Shown: positions 38,002 through 47,295 of the stretch, in pieces | How the letters are laid out: each line of letters opens with the position of its first letter | How positions within the stretch are numbered: the first letter of the stretch is position 1 | Assembly: GCA_012744275.1 (NCBI GenBank) | Contig: JAAYIE010000003.1 | Coordinates: forward strand, 795 to 64,794 | Direction of reading: 5' to 3' | Source of the DNA: Desulfobulbaceae bacterium | GTDB taxonomy: Bacteria; Desulfobacterota; Desulfobulbia; Desulfobulbales; Desulfobulbaceae | DNA: 64,000 nt | Position numbers and translations under genes: made by a program | The notes under the pieces: model-generated | Told to the model about the DNA's origin: nothing | What the model saw: only the letters and a program-made list of their open reading frames with translations | Databases searched by the model: none

Positions 38002-39228
38002 ATGCCTGTTTATGAATACACTGCCCTGAACACGGCGGGTAAAACCATCCAGGGCATTGTTGATGCCGATTCGCCTGCGGCTGCCCGCCAGAAAATCCGT
38101 AGTCAGGGTAACTATCCAGTTACAATTGAAGAGACGGCCAGCAAAGCGCGCTTCAGCATCCAAGGCTTTTCTGTGCCCTTTTTCAGAGGGACCAGAATCA
38201 GGCAGCAGGATATCCACCTTATCACCCGTCAGCTTGCCACCATGCTGAGCGCAGGCATTCCCCTGGCCCCGGCCTTGGGCAGCCTGATTGAACAGGGCGA
38301 ACAGCGGGCCCTGAAAACAATACTGGCCCAACTGCGCGAGGCGGTCAATGAAGGGCATGCCTTCAGTAGCGCCCTCAGCAACCATGCCAGGATATTTTCC
38401 CCTCTCTATATCAATATGGTGCGCGCGGGTGAGGCCTCCGGCACCCTGCACCTGGTGCTGGAACAACTGGCGGAATTTGGCGAAGGCCAGCAGGCCCTGC
38501 AGGCCAGGGTGCGCGCCGCTCTGCTCTACCCGGTCTTCATGGCTGTGGTGGGCGTGGTGGTGCTGGCCTTTCTCATCACCTTCATCCTGCCCAGCATCAC
38601 CAGCGTTTTTGAAGGCAGGGAGCAGGCTCTGCCCCTGGCCACCACCCTGCTCATGGGTTTAAGTGGCCTGCTGCGCAGTTACTGGCTGCCGCTCCTGCTG
38701 CTTGTGTTTGCCTGCATTGCCGGGCTGCGTCACTATCGGCACACAGCAGAAGGCGAACGCCTTTGGCACCGCTTGCAACTCTCGCTGCCCTTTATTAGGG
38801 GGCTGATCCGCAAACAGGCTGCGGCCCGTTTTGCCCGCTCGCTGGCCAGCCTTTTGCATTCGGGCGTGCCTCTGGTGGATGCACTGAGCATTGTCAGCAA
38901 CCTGGTGGGTAACGTCCACATTGCCCGCACCGTGCAGGATGCCCGCTTGGAGCTTGAAAAAGGCCAGAGCCTGGCCGCGCACTTTCGGGGCAAGCCGTAC
39001 TTTCCGCCCATGCTGGTGCAGATGATGGCTGTGGGTGAGCAGAGCGGCGAGCTGGACACCATGCTGGCCCGCGCAGCCGACAGCTACGAGCGCGAACTGG
39101 AAAGCAAAATCATGGCACTGACCTCCATGATCGAACCCATGATGATCCTCATCATGGGTGCGGCGGTGGGCTTTATTGTAGTGGCTGTGCTTTTGCCCAT
39201 CTTTGAGATGAATCAGCTCATCAGGTAA
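38002..39228 (+). CDS. gspF: Type II secretion system inner-membrane platform protein GspF
   Basis: MPVYEYTALNTAGK..., two T2SSF repeats, three TM segments. This is the only T2SS gene on the plus strand. Confidence 0.9.
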   Translation: MPVYEYTALNTAGKTIQGIVDADSPAAARQKIRSQGNYPVTIEETASKARFSIQGFSVPFFRGTRIRQQDIHLITRQLATMLSAGIPLAPALGSLIEQGEQRALKTILAQLREAVNEGHAFSSALSNHARIFSPLYINMVRAGEASGTLHLVLEQLAEFGEGQQALQARVRAALLYPVFMAVVGVVVLAFLITFILPSITSVFEGREQALPLATTLLMGLSGLLRSYWLPLLLLVFACIAGLRHYRHTAEGERLWHRLQLSLPFIRGLIRKQAAARFARSLASLLHSGVPLVDALSIVSNLVGNVHIARTVQDARLELEKGQSLAAHFRGKPYFPPMLVQMMAVGEQSGELDTMLARAADSYERELESKIMALTSMIEPMMILIMGAAVGFIVVAVLLPIFEMNQLIR

Positions 39229-40969
39229 CCCGGAAAACCTCCTCAAGCGTGGTAATCCCTGCCCGCACTTTGGCGATGCCGTCATCGCGCAGGGTGCGCA
39301 TCCCCCCGTCCGGCTGGGCCATGGCCTCTTCCTTGATCCTGCCTGCCTCTGAAGTGGTCAAGAGCAAATTCTTGATCGCTGGAGTCAACTGCATCAGCTC
39401 AAAAATACCGATACGCCCCCTATAACCGGTCTGCAGACAGGCGGGGCAGCCACGGCCGCGGTAAAATTGTAATTCAGTACTGGCCTGCATGGGCTGCGTA
39501 GGCAGCCCGGCCAGTTGCAGCAGCTCCGGCGAGGGCTGGTAGGGTTCGCGGCAATCTGGGCAAATGGTACGCACCAGGCGCTGCGCCATGATGGCATGCA
39601 CCGACGAGGCCACCAGAAAGGGCTCCACCCCCATATCGATCAGACGGGTGATGGCGCTGGCCGCGTCATTGGTGTGCAGAGTGGAGAAGACCAGGTGCCC
39701 GGTCAGGGCCGACTGAATGGCAATTTGCGCGGTCTCGCCATCACGGATCTCTCCCACCAGAATCACATCCGGGTCCTGGCGCACAATGGTGCGCAACCCA
39801 CTGGCAAAGCTCAGGCCAATGCGCGCGTTCACCTGCATCTGGCTGATGCCGTTAATCTGGTATTCAATCGGATCTTCAATGGTGATGATGTTGATATCCG
39901 GCGTGTTGAGCGTGTTCAGCGCCGAATACAGGGTAGTGGTTTTGCCGCTGCCCGTGGGCCCGGTCACCAGAATGATGCCGTGCGGCGCAGTAATCAACTG
40001 ACGGAAATGCTGGTAATCGCTCTCGCTTAAACCCAGGGCGCTCAGTGGCAACAGGGTGTTGCTCTTGTCCAAAAGGCGCATCACCACCCGCTCGCCAAAG
40101 GCAGTGGGCAGGGTGGACACACGGATATCCACGTTGCGCTGGGCAATGCGGATTTCAATGCGCCCATCCTGGGGCAGGCGCTTTTCCGCAATATCCATGT
40201 TAGCCATGATCTTGATGCGGCTGATCAGCTTGGCTTGGGCGTGTCGCGGCGGGGTGTACATGTCGTAGAGGATGCCGTCCACCCGTTTTCTGATCTTGAC
40301 CCGGTCGCGGTAGGGTTCGATGTGGATGTCGCTTGCCCCTTCCCGCACTGCCTGTGACAAAACCAGGTTAACCAGCTTGATCACCGGCGTGTCGCTGGTG
40401 TCGTCCAGGAGATCAGCGGTTTCCTCGATGGCGGTGAGGATGCTGGCCGGATCTTCCTCATCCATATCCTGGATGACCTGATCTGCCACCTGGGAGCGGG
40501 TCTGATCGTAGGCCGCATTGATGGCCTTGAAAATCTCCACCTCCGGCGTAAGCACCCAGGCTACACCCTCCCAATCAATAAGGCGCAAGAGATCATCCGC
40601 CTGCTGAAAATAGAGGGGATCTGCCAGGGCCAGGTAGGAATATGCAGGCGTGGCTACTGGCACCATCTTGAATTTTTTCAGGCTGGCAATGCTCAGCTTG
40701 CCGACAAAAAAAGTGCTGATCTCTTCAGGCAGGCGCAGCATGGTGTTCAGGCCGAATTGCTGAGCCAGGGCACTTGCCAGTTGATCCGCGCTGATAAGCC
40801 CTTGCCGCAGCAGGATTTCGCCCAGCCTGCCGCCCTTCTCCGCTTGCACTGCCAGGGCAGCCTGAATCGCCGCCTCATCCAGGCTGCTGATCTTTTGCAA
40901 CAATTCGCCCAATAGGGGAAAACCCGCATTCAGCGGCAAGATAGGTTGTTGGGCTTCGCTTGGCTCCAT
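39221..40969 (-). CDS. gspE: Type II secretion system ATPase GspE
   Basis: T2SSE_N helix pair (RLGEILLRQGLISADQLASALAQQ), Walker A GPTGSGKTTTLY, Asp/His boxes, and tetracysteine CPDC...CPAC. Confidence 0.93.
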   Translation of the reverse strand: MEPSEAQQPILPLNAGFPLLGELLQKISSLDEAAIQAALAVQAEKGGRLGEILLRQGLISADQLASALAQQFGLNTMLRLPEEISTFFVGKLSIASLKKFKMVPVATPAYSYLALADPLYFQQADDLLRLIDWEGVAWVLTPEVEIFKAINAAYDQTRSQVADQVIQDMDEEDPASILTAIEETADLLDDTSDTPVIKLVNLVLSQAVREGASDIHIEPYRDRVKIRKRVDGILYDMYTPPRHAQAKLISRIKIMANMDIAEKRLPQDGRIEIRIAQRNVDIRVSTLPTAFGERVVMRLLDKSNTLLPLSALGLSESDYQHFRQLITAPHGIILVTGPTGSGKTTTLYSALNTLNTPDINIITIEDPIEYQINGISQMQVNARIGLSFASGLRTIVRQDPDVILVGEIRDGETAQIAIQSALTGHLVFSTLHTNDAASAITRLIDMGVEPFLVASSVHAIMAQRLVRTICPDCREPYQPSPELLQLAGLPTQPMQASTELQFYRGRGCPACLQTGYRGRIGIFELMQLTPAIKNLLLTTSEAGRIKEEAMAQPDGGMRTLRDDGIAKVRAGITTLEEVFRVT

Positions 40970-40970
40970 A

Positions 40971-43235
40971 TCAGTCGTTCCGCCCGCCCCGCTGCAAGCG
41001 GCTCAAATGCGCAGCCGCGCTTTCGCGCAGCTTCTGCTCACCCACCACGGGTGGGGCGTCGGCTGGGCCTGGCGAGAGCGGCTGGGCCAGGGCCTGCTCA
41101 AACATGGCAGCCGCATCCCGGCGCTTGCCCTCCTGTTCCAGCAGTAAACCCATGTTCACCAGGGCAGCCAGGTTATCCGGGTCGCTGCGCAGGGCCCGTT
41201 GCAGATACATGCGAGCATTCGCCAATTGGCGCTGCTGCAGCTTGACAAAGCCCATGTCCGCCAGCATGCCCGCTTCTTCCGAAGGTTTTTTCCGGTTCAG
41301 GAAACGATCCGCCACATCGCCCGGCTCTTTGTGCATGGTCTCCACCTCAGCACGCTTCTCCTCGAACACCCGGCTCAATTCGCTGGGGTTTTCCATGATG
41401 TGCGGGGTGATGAAGATAAAGAGATTAGTCTTTTTCTCTAACTCGCCCCTGGATTTGAACAGCCAGCCCAGACCCGGGATATCGCCCAAAAGCGGGACCT
41501 TGTATTCCCCTTCGCTGGTGTCCTGGCCGATCATGCCGCCGATAACCACGGTCTGCTCGTTCTGCACCACTACGGTGGTGTCGGCAGCGCGGGTAAAGGT
41601 GGTGGGGTTGCCGCTGTTTAAGGCCTTGAGTTTGATCACCTCCACGCCAATATCCATGCGCACCACATCTGCCTGATTGATCTGTGGGGTGATGGCCAGG
41701 GTGGTGGCCACATCCTTATATTCGTAGTTGGTGTAGTCCTGCTGGGCCTCGGTGGTGTTCTTGCTGACGATGTAGGGCACGTTTTCACCGACCTTGATGG
41801 TGGCCTTTTTGTTGTCCGTGGTAAGGATCTGCGGGGTGGCGATCACATTAATATCTTTATCATTTTTATAGGCGTTCAACACTGCGCCGAGGTTAGGGAA
41901 GGTGATTCCGCCAATTTCAATGCCCTGCTTGAGTACGCCCAGAGTGAAGCCAGCAGGCAGGATGGCAGGATCAGCAGTCACCCCGCGGATGATGTTATAA
42001 GGATAGTCCGGGTTACCGCTGAAACCGGTATGCAGAGTGCCATCACCGCCATCAAAGGTGCCGGTGCCGCCCCATTGCACACCAATGCTGAAATCCTTAT
42101 CAGCCTGCACCTCCATTATGAGCGCTTCCAGGTAGATCATGCGCCGGGGAACATCAAGCTGCTTGACGATGTTGGCCACAGCCTCGAACTCCTCCCTGGG
42201 ACCGTTAACAATAAGGGAGTTGGTTTCCACATCCGCAACAATGTTGACATCCCTGGTCAGAACCGGCCGCCGCAGAATCTTGTCTGCCCCGGCCGTCTCC
42301 TGGCCGGTCGCCGCAGTCTCTTCCCGAGGCAGATCCATCAGCACCTTAACCAACTCCTCTGCGCGCGCATGCTGCAGGGTCAGCACCTGCACCTGATCCG
42401 GCTGGGCGCTGGTATCCACATCCAGTTTGGCCACGGCCGCGCGGATGCGGCTGATGGCTGCTGGCGGGGCATAAACCACCAGAGAGTTACCGCGGTCATA
42501 AGGAGTTACCTTGATGGTTGTTGGTCGCTGGCCTGGCTGGCCTTGGGCTTCCTGGGCAAAGAGTTGCTCCACCACGCGGGCCGCGCTGGAAGCCGAGGCA
42601 TGGGTAAGCGGGATGATGGCCAGTTCCTCGCTGCGGGCAGGCACATCAACGGAACGGATAATCTCCAAAAGGCGTTTGATGTTGGACTGGTAGTCGGTGA
42701 TGGTGATAATGCCCGAATCCGCATGGGACACCATAATGCTCGTTTTAGGCACCAGCGGGGTGAGCATGGCGCGCACCTCGTCGGCCCCGGCATGCTTGAG
42801 GCGGACGATGCGGGTGATGATTCGGTCTTCGGCGGGCAGCATCTCGCCGTCGCGATAGGTGGCGATGTTCTTAGACCGGGCCTGCACCGAGGGCACAACC
42901 TTCACCACTGAACCGCTGGGCACGGCGGCATAGCCGTTCACCTCCAAAACCGATTCAAAGATACGGTAGGCTTCGCCTGCGGAAACACTGGCCGGCGAAA
43001 TAATGGTCACCTTGCCCTTGACTTCGCGGTCAACCACAAAATTTTTGCCGGTCAGTTCGCTGATGTATTTGATGAAGACATTGATATCCACATCGTTGAA
43101 ATCCATGGTCACCTGTTGACTGCCAGAAGAGGCGCTGGAGGATGCGGAGTAAGGGTCAGCACTTTGCTCTGCGGCCAGCACAGGCTGCCAGGTGAGAAGG
43201 AAAACAATTAAGGAGAGCAGTAATATTCTATACAT
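40971..43235 (-). CDS. gspD: Type II secretion system secretin GspD with C-terminal TPR-like extension
   Basis: Signal peptide (MYRILLLSLIVFLLTWQPVLA), N0-N3 domains, and secretin core (...VPLLGDIPGLGWLFKS...LFIFITPHI). An extra ~98-aa tail contains TPR-like helices. Confidence 0.9.
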   Translation of the reverse strand: MYRILLLSLIVFLLTWQPVLAAEQSADPYSASSSASSGSQQVTMDFNDVDINVFIKYISELTGKNFVVDREVKGKVTIISPASVSAGEAYRIFESVLEVNGYAAVPSGSVVKVVPSVQARSKNIATYRDGEMLPAEDRIITRIVRLKHAGADEVRAMLTPLVPKTSIMVSHADSGIITITDYQSNIKRLLEIIRSVDVPARSEELAIIPLTHASASSAARVVEQLFAQEAQGQPGQRPTTIKVTPYDRGNSLVVYAPPAAISRIRAAVAKLDVDTSAQPDQVQVLTLQHARAEELVKVLMDLPREETAATGQETAGADKILRRPVLTRDVNIVADVETNSLIVNGPREEFEAVANIVKQLDVPRRMIYLEALIMEVQADKDFSIGVQWGGTGTFDGGDGTLHTGFSGNPDYPYNIIRGVTADPAILPAGFTLGVLKQGIEIGGITFPNLGAVLNAYKNDKDINVIATPQILTTDNKKATIKVGENVPYIVSKNTTEAQQDYTNYEYKDVATTLAITPQINQADVVRMDIGVEVIKLKALNSGNPTTFTRAADTTVVVQNEQTVVIGGMIGQDTSEGEYKVPLLGDIPGLGWLFKSRGELEKKTNLFIFITPHIMENPSELSRVFEEKRAEVETMHKEPGDVADRFLNRKKPSEEAGMLADMGFVKLQQRQLANARMYLQRALRSDPDNLAALVNMGLLLEQEGKRRDAAAMFEQALAQPLSPGPADAPPVVGEQKLRESAAAHLSRLQRGGRND

Positions 43236-43328
43236 AATCAGCAGATCAGAATGGCGGTTAAATGGCTTGATACAAAAAGAAACGGCTGGACAGAGGCTGC
43301 AAGTTAGCATGACAGGTTATTCCCCGCC

Positions 43329-44066
43329 CTACTCATCGTTTGCCGGATCTTGCCACGGGACCTCCAGGGGCTGCAGGGCCGCAGCACCGGTGCGCACCGG
43401 CACGCCTCCGGCTGCCTCGGCCTGACTTGGCGGGGCAGATGAGCCGGTGGTGTTGATGCGGCGTCCAGGCAGAGCCTGGGGCACAATGCGGCTGCCCGCT
43501 GCCTCGGCCTGACCTGGCGGTGTAAGCAAGGAGTTTTCTTCAAGCAGGCCTGCTGCTTCGGAAGATGACGGAGCCGAGCCGCTTTCCCGCTCCTTTAACA
43601 GCAAAAGCTCGGGCCCGGTAGTGGTGGCAAGCGTCACCCGACCGCGTTCAATGCGCACGATTTCTGCACCCTGAATCTGATCGCCCAGGCGGTAGATCTG
43701 CTCGCGCTGCTCCGCACCGCTGCGGATAATGGCGCGGGCATCACTGTCATTGCCGGTCACAGTACCAAGCAACTCCAGGGGCCCACTGCTGGTTGCCAAC
43801 TCGCGCAGGCGGAAATCCTCCGCAGGCTGGCCCGGCTGCTTATCAAGGGCAGCATTGAAAATATTATGCGCCAAGATCTGCTGGATGGCAGCCTCGTGGG
43901 TAAAGAGCGCGCCGTTCTCGCCTGCGCCATCCTGTGTGGCACGCTCGGCTGTTCCTCCAAGGCCAAGCACACTATCCACCTTGGCCTGCATCCACTGGTA
44001 GCCAAAGTACACGGCTGCGTAGAGAACAAGAGCTAAAACAGCCAGTTGCAATAGTCTCTTTCTCAT
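43329..44066 (-). CDS. gspC: GspC-like T2SS protein (TM + HR/PilP-like domain, no PDZ seen)
   Basis: N-terminal TM helix and an HR-like segment (LELLGTVTGNDSDARAIIRSGAEQREQIYRLGDQIQGAEIVRIERGRVTL). Located directly upstream of gspD. The Pro/Ala-rich tail has a duplicated QAEAAG. Confidence 0.55.
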   Translation of the reverse strand: MRKRLLQLAVLALVLYAAVYFGYQWMQAKVDSVLGLGGTAERATQDGAGENGALFTHEAAIQQILAHNIFNAALDKQPGQPAEDFRLRELATSSGPLELLGTVTGNDSDARAIIRSGAEQREQIYRLGDQIQGAEIVRIERGRVTLATTTGPELLLLKERESGSAPSSSEAAGLLEENSLLTPPGQAEAAGSRIVPQALPGRRINTTGSSAPPSQAEAAGGVPVRTGAAALQPLEVPWQDPANDE

Positions 44067-45040
44067 GGTGCAGTGCTTTGTTCCTGATTGGGGCTGAGCA
44101 GCGGGGCCGGGTTAACAGGCAGGGCCCCACGCTCGAAGGCCAAGGCCGGATCCTTCAAGCTGCCAGACAGCGACACCGCAAGCGGACCACGTGCTGCCTG
44201 GAGGCGGAAGCCCTGCAAATCCTGCTGATCGCGCACATGCGAGAATAACTCTGGACCGGCCTGCAGCACGCCGCGCACCGCGATGCTGCTGCTAGCCAGT
44301 GGTCTGACAAGCGCTACCTGGCCTGTAAATTCGCCTTTGCCCAGCGGAGAATCCAGTATCCCGTTTTTTAGTATCAGATTTTGGCCCTGTTGCTCCAGCT
44401 TCAGGCTCAAACGAGTAAAGGGCAGTTGCCCATGCCCGAGAACCGGGTTACGCAGGGGAATAACGCCAGCGGCCATCTCGAGCCTGGCCTGTACATCCGC
44501 AGGAGTGCCACTCTGCAGGCCAAGGCGTGCCTCCCCCCTTCCGGAGAGCCTGCCCTGCACTTCTCTGTCCAGCATCTGCTTCAGCCAGGGCAGGGCCGCC
44601 AGGTTAAGGGCATCAAACTCGGTTGCAAGAACAAGATCCTGCTGGCCCTTATCGGTGTGCAGGCTCAGCTTGCCATCGATCACGCCGTCAGCCAGCCCGG
44701 CCGCAAAAGAGCCGCGCCACTCTTGCTTGCGCAGCAGATAGAACCAATCCGGCTGGAGAATAAGGCTGTCTATCTGGACGGGAAGAGCCGACTGGAAGCC
44801 CACATTTCGAGGCCGCGCCTCAAGCTGTGCCAATCGTAAAGCCAGGGGTGGTTCATATTGCACCGCGTCTACCTGCCATTGCCACTGGGGCAGGGTCCGG
44901 TTCAGTACTTTTTCCGGCACCTGCCGGACAAAATCACGCGGAAAGAGCAGCCAGGCAAAAAAGATCAGCAAGGCCAAGATGAAAACACTTGCCCCCAGGC
45001 CAATCAAAGCAAAACGCAGCAATCTGGCCAGGACTTTCAT
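44063..45040 (-). CDS. gspN: GspN-like T2SS protein
   Basis: N-terminal TM helix, about 300 aa periplasmic. Assigned from its position between gspM and gspC and its ATGA coupling to gspC. The assignment rests on context and weak similarity. Confidence 0.5.
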   Translation of the reverse strand: MKVLARLLRFALIGLGASVFILALLIFFAWLLFPRDFVRQVPEKVLNRTLPQWQWQVDAVQYEPPLALRLAQLEARPRNVGFQSALPVQIDSLILQPDWFYLLRKQEWRGSFAAGLADGVIDGKLSLHTDKGQQDLVLATEFDALNLAALPWLKQMLDREVQGRLSGRGEARLGLQSGTPADVQARLEMAAGVIPLRNPVLGHGQLPFTRLSLKLEQQGQNLILKNGILDSPLGKGEFTGQVALVRPLASSSIAVRGVLQAGPELFSHVRDQQDLQGFRLQAARGPLAVSLSGSLKDPALAFERGALPVNPAPLLSPNQEQSTAP

Positions 45041-45104
45041 GGTACAGCCCCATCGAGGTTGCTAAAAGCCATAATTACGGCGATATGCTGGTACGCAAAA
45101 ACAA

Positions 45105-45677
45105 TCATGGTTGCATACCTGCGGCATCGTCAACGCGCATCTCCACGCTCTGCACCCGCAGGCTGGCGTTCAGGAGTGCGCCTTCCCTGCCCCCGCCCTG
45201 GATGATCAGCCGTTCCACGGCCACCAGGTTCTGGGCGGATTCCACCAGATCCAGGAAATGCGCCAACTGGCCCAGGCTGACACCCTGCACTTGCACATCC
45301 ACTCTCTGGGTGTGCAGCGAATTGCCACCCGCAGCCGTGCCCTCGTCCTGCTGCGACTGCACCGGTTGCATGGCCTCGATATGCTCCTTCACCTGGGTGC
45401 TGGCCGCAGCCTGCTCCAAAAAGGAGAACAGGGTGAAATCCTTGGCCCGCTGGTTCAAGGCCTCAACCATGGCGCTCTGGCCGCTGATCTTGCTTCCGCC
45501 AGGGCCAGCCTGCGCCGCCAGTTGCTGCATTTCGGCAAGCTGCTTTTCCTGGGTGGCAATGTTCTTTTTGAGCCGCCGGGTGTCTGCCAGCATGGGCAGC
45601 AGCAGAAACTGCAGAAAAACAAAGACAAACACCGCAACGAGAGCCAGACTGATGGCCTTTTTTTCTCTGTCTGTCAT
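45105..45677 (-). CDS. gspM: GspM-like T2SS inner-membrane protein
   Basis: 190 aa with a short cytoplasmic N-terminus, one TM helix (LALVAVFVFVFLQFLLLPML), a coiled coil and a ferredoxin-like C-terminus. ATGA overlap with gspL. Confidence 0.6.
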   Translation of the reverse strand: MTDREKKAISLALVAVFVFVFLQFLLLPMLADTRRLKKNIATQEKQLAEMQQLAAQAGPGGSKISGQSAMVEALNQRAKDFTLFSFLEQAAASTQVKEHIEAMQPVQSQQDEGTAAGGNSLHTQRVDVQVQGVSLGQLAHFLDLVESAQNLVAVERLIIQGGGREGALLNASLRVQSVEMRVDDAAGMQP

Positions 45678-47215
45678 TGGCTGCCCCCGGCTGCTCTGCG
45701 CAGCAGGCGCAGTTCAAAACGAATCAGGTTCTCTGCCCCGCTTTTTTCGGCAGTGGAGGAGAGGATGCGCACCTCGCTAAACAGGGGTGAGGCAGCCAGG
45801 CTGTTGCGGATCTGATCCACATCCTTGAAACTGGCGGTCTGGCCCCGCAGAAGAGCCAAATCCTGTTCCAGGGTAAGACGGTTGACTGTCAGCGGCATCT
45901 CTGCCGGAACGCGGGAGGATAGTTCCGCCAGCAGACTCAGGCTGCTTGCCCTGCCCTGGGCAAAGAGCAGGGACGAATCCATAGCAGCGCTACCTTTGAG
46001 CGCTGCCTGCATCTCCATATAGGGGTCGCGCACTACCTGTGCATCCGGAAAGGCACCGCGAAACACCTGGGTCATTTCTTGCCGCAATTTTTCGCTGCGC
46101 AGCGTGAGGGAATGCCGCTCACCCGCCAGAAAGACCAGCAGGCCGGCACAGGCGACCAGGATAAGGGAGGCGGCGATTCTCAGGTTCTTGCGCCGCCACA
46201 AAGCACCGAAGCCCCCCTTGGACTTGCTAAAGGAGCCTTGACGGAAATTAAGGGCATGGACGCCTGCTTTGCCTGGCTGCAAACCGTGGAGGGCGCAGGC
46301 CAGGGCTGCATCAAAGGAGGGCGCAAGTTGGCGCAGACCAGTGCTGTTGCGGGGCAGTATCTGCCCCAGCCCTTGCACCCGCACCTGCAGGTTTTCGGCA
46401 AGCATGGTCTGCAACTCTAGCGATGCGGCCAAGGGCCCGCAGAGGAGCGACCGGGAAGGGGCGGCAGGGCTAACACTTGCCGCCCTGCCCTGACGAAACA
46501 GGATCAGACTCTGGCGGATAGCTGCGGCCAATGCCAGGACGGTCTGCCCTGATACCGCAGACTCTGTTTCTGCAGAAACAAGGCTGTTGCCTGCTGCATC
46601 ACCATCCACGGTCAGGAGGGGCACCCGCCGACAGGCAAGCAAGACCCCATCCTGGATCAGCGCGATTTCCGCTGCATGCAGATCCGCATGCGTCAGGATA
46701 AAACTCCCTTTACCGCGCATCGCTTCACCGGCCAGTACAGCCAAGGCATGCATTGAGGGGCAGATGATATCCGGATCAAAACGCCATTCACGCTCCTCTG
46801 GCAGGAACTGGAGCAGCAGTTCCTTATCTGCGGCAAAGGCGAGCAGATCGGCTCCAGAAGCATCACTCCTGGTAGGGGCAAACACGCTTTCCACCTGCTC
46901 GGCAGGCGTAAGCAGGCATTCTTCCAGCTCATAGGGAAAGGCCTGGGCCTGTTGTTTTACATCCGGAAAGGGCAGATGCAGGTTGCGCACGCTCAGCTCA
47001 GACAGGGGCAAGCCGAGAACACAGGAGATATGTTCCCGCCAAGACAGATCCGAGCACAAGCGGTTGAGGGCTGCAGTCAAACCGCCCGGTTTTCCGGCGT
47101 TAACAGGCATGGTGGCGGTGGCAGCCACGCTCAAGCTCCGGCCCGATGCCTGCAGCAGCACCGCGCTCAGTTCGCCCTCAGCCAGGGCTATGCCAAGAGA
47201 CTGCCGTCCGTCCAT
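45674..47215 (-). CDS. gspL: GspL-like T2SS protein (actin-like cytoplasmic domain + TM + periplasmic domain)
   Basis: 513 aa with a central TM helix (LRIAASLILVACAGLLVFLAG). Located between gspK and gspM. Confidence 0.6.
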   Translation of the reverse strand: MDGRQSLGIALAEGELSAVLLQASGRSLSVAATATMPVNAGKPGGLTAALNRLCSDLSWREHISCVLGLPLSELSVRNLHLPFPDVKQQAQAFPYELEECLLTPAEQVESVFAPTRSDASGADLLAFAADKELLLQFLPEEREWRFDPDIICPSMHALAVLAGEAMRGKGSFILTHADLHAAEIALIQDGVLLACRRVPLLTVDGDAAGNSLVSAETESAVSGQTVLALAAAIRQSLILFRQGRAASVSPAAPSRSLLCGPLAASLELQTMLAENLQVRVQGLGQILPRNSTGLRQLAPSFDAALACALHGLQPGKAGVHALNFRQGSFSKSKGGFGALWRRKNLRIAASLILVACAGLLVFLAGERHSLTLRSEKLRQEMTQVFRGAFPDAQVVRDPYMEMQAALKGSAAMDSSLLFAQGRASSLSLLAELSSRVPAEMPLTVNRLTLEQDLALLRGQTASFKDVDQIRNSLAASPLFSEVRILSSTAEKSGAENLIRFELRLLRRAAGGSQ

Positions 47216-47295
47216 ATTTCATTCCAATTCCACATTAACATGCTTCTAAAGAGCTCCCAGCATCGGCTGCGAAAAATACTGGCATGTTCCGCTCG

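Noticed and set aside
36138-38015. 625-aa plus-strand ORF, the longest in this part of the track.
   Set aside because: It lies entirely antisense to recN, which has unambiguous Walker and signature motifs. Its composition is low-complexity (Gly/Ala/Leu/Gln-rich) with no recognisable domain. It is a typical GC-rich shadow ORF.
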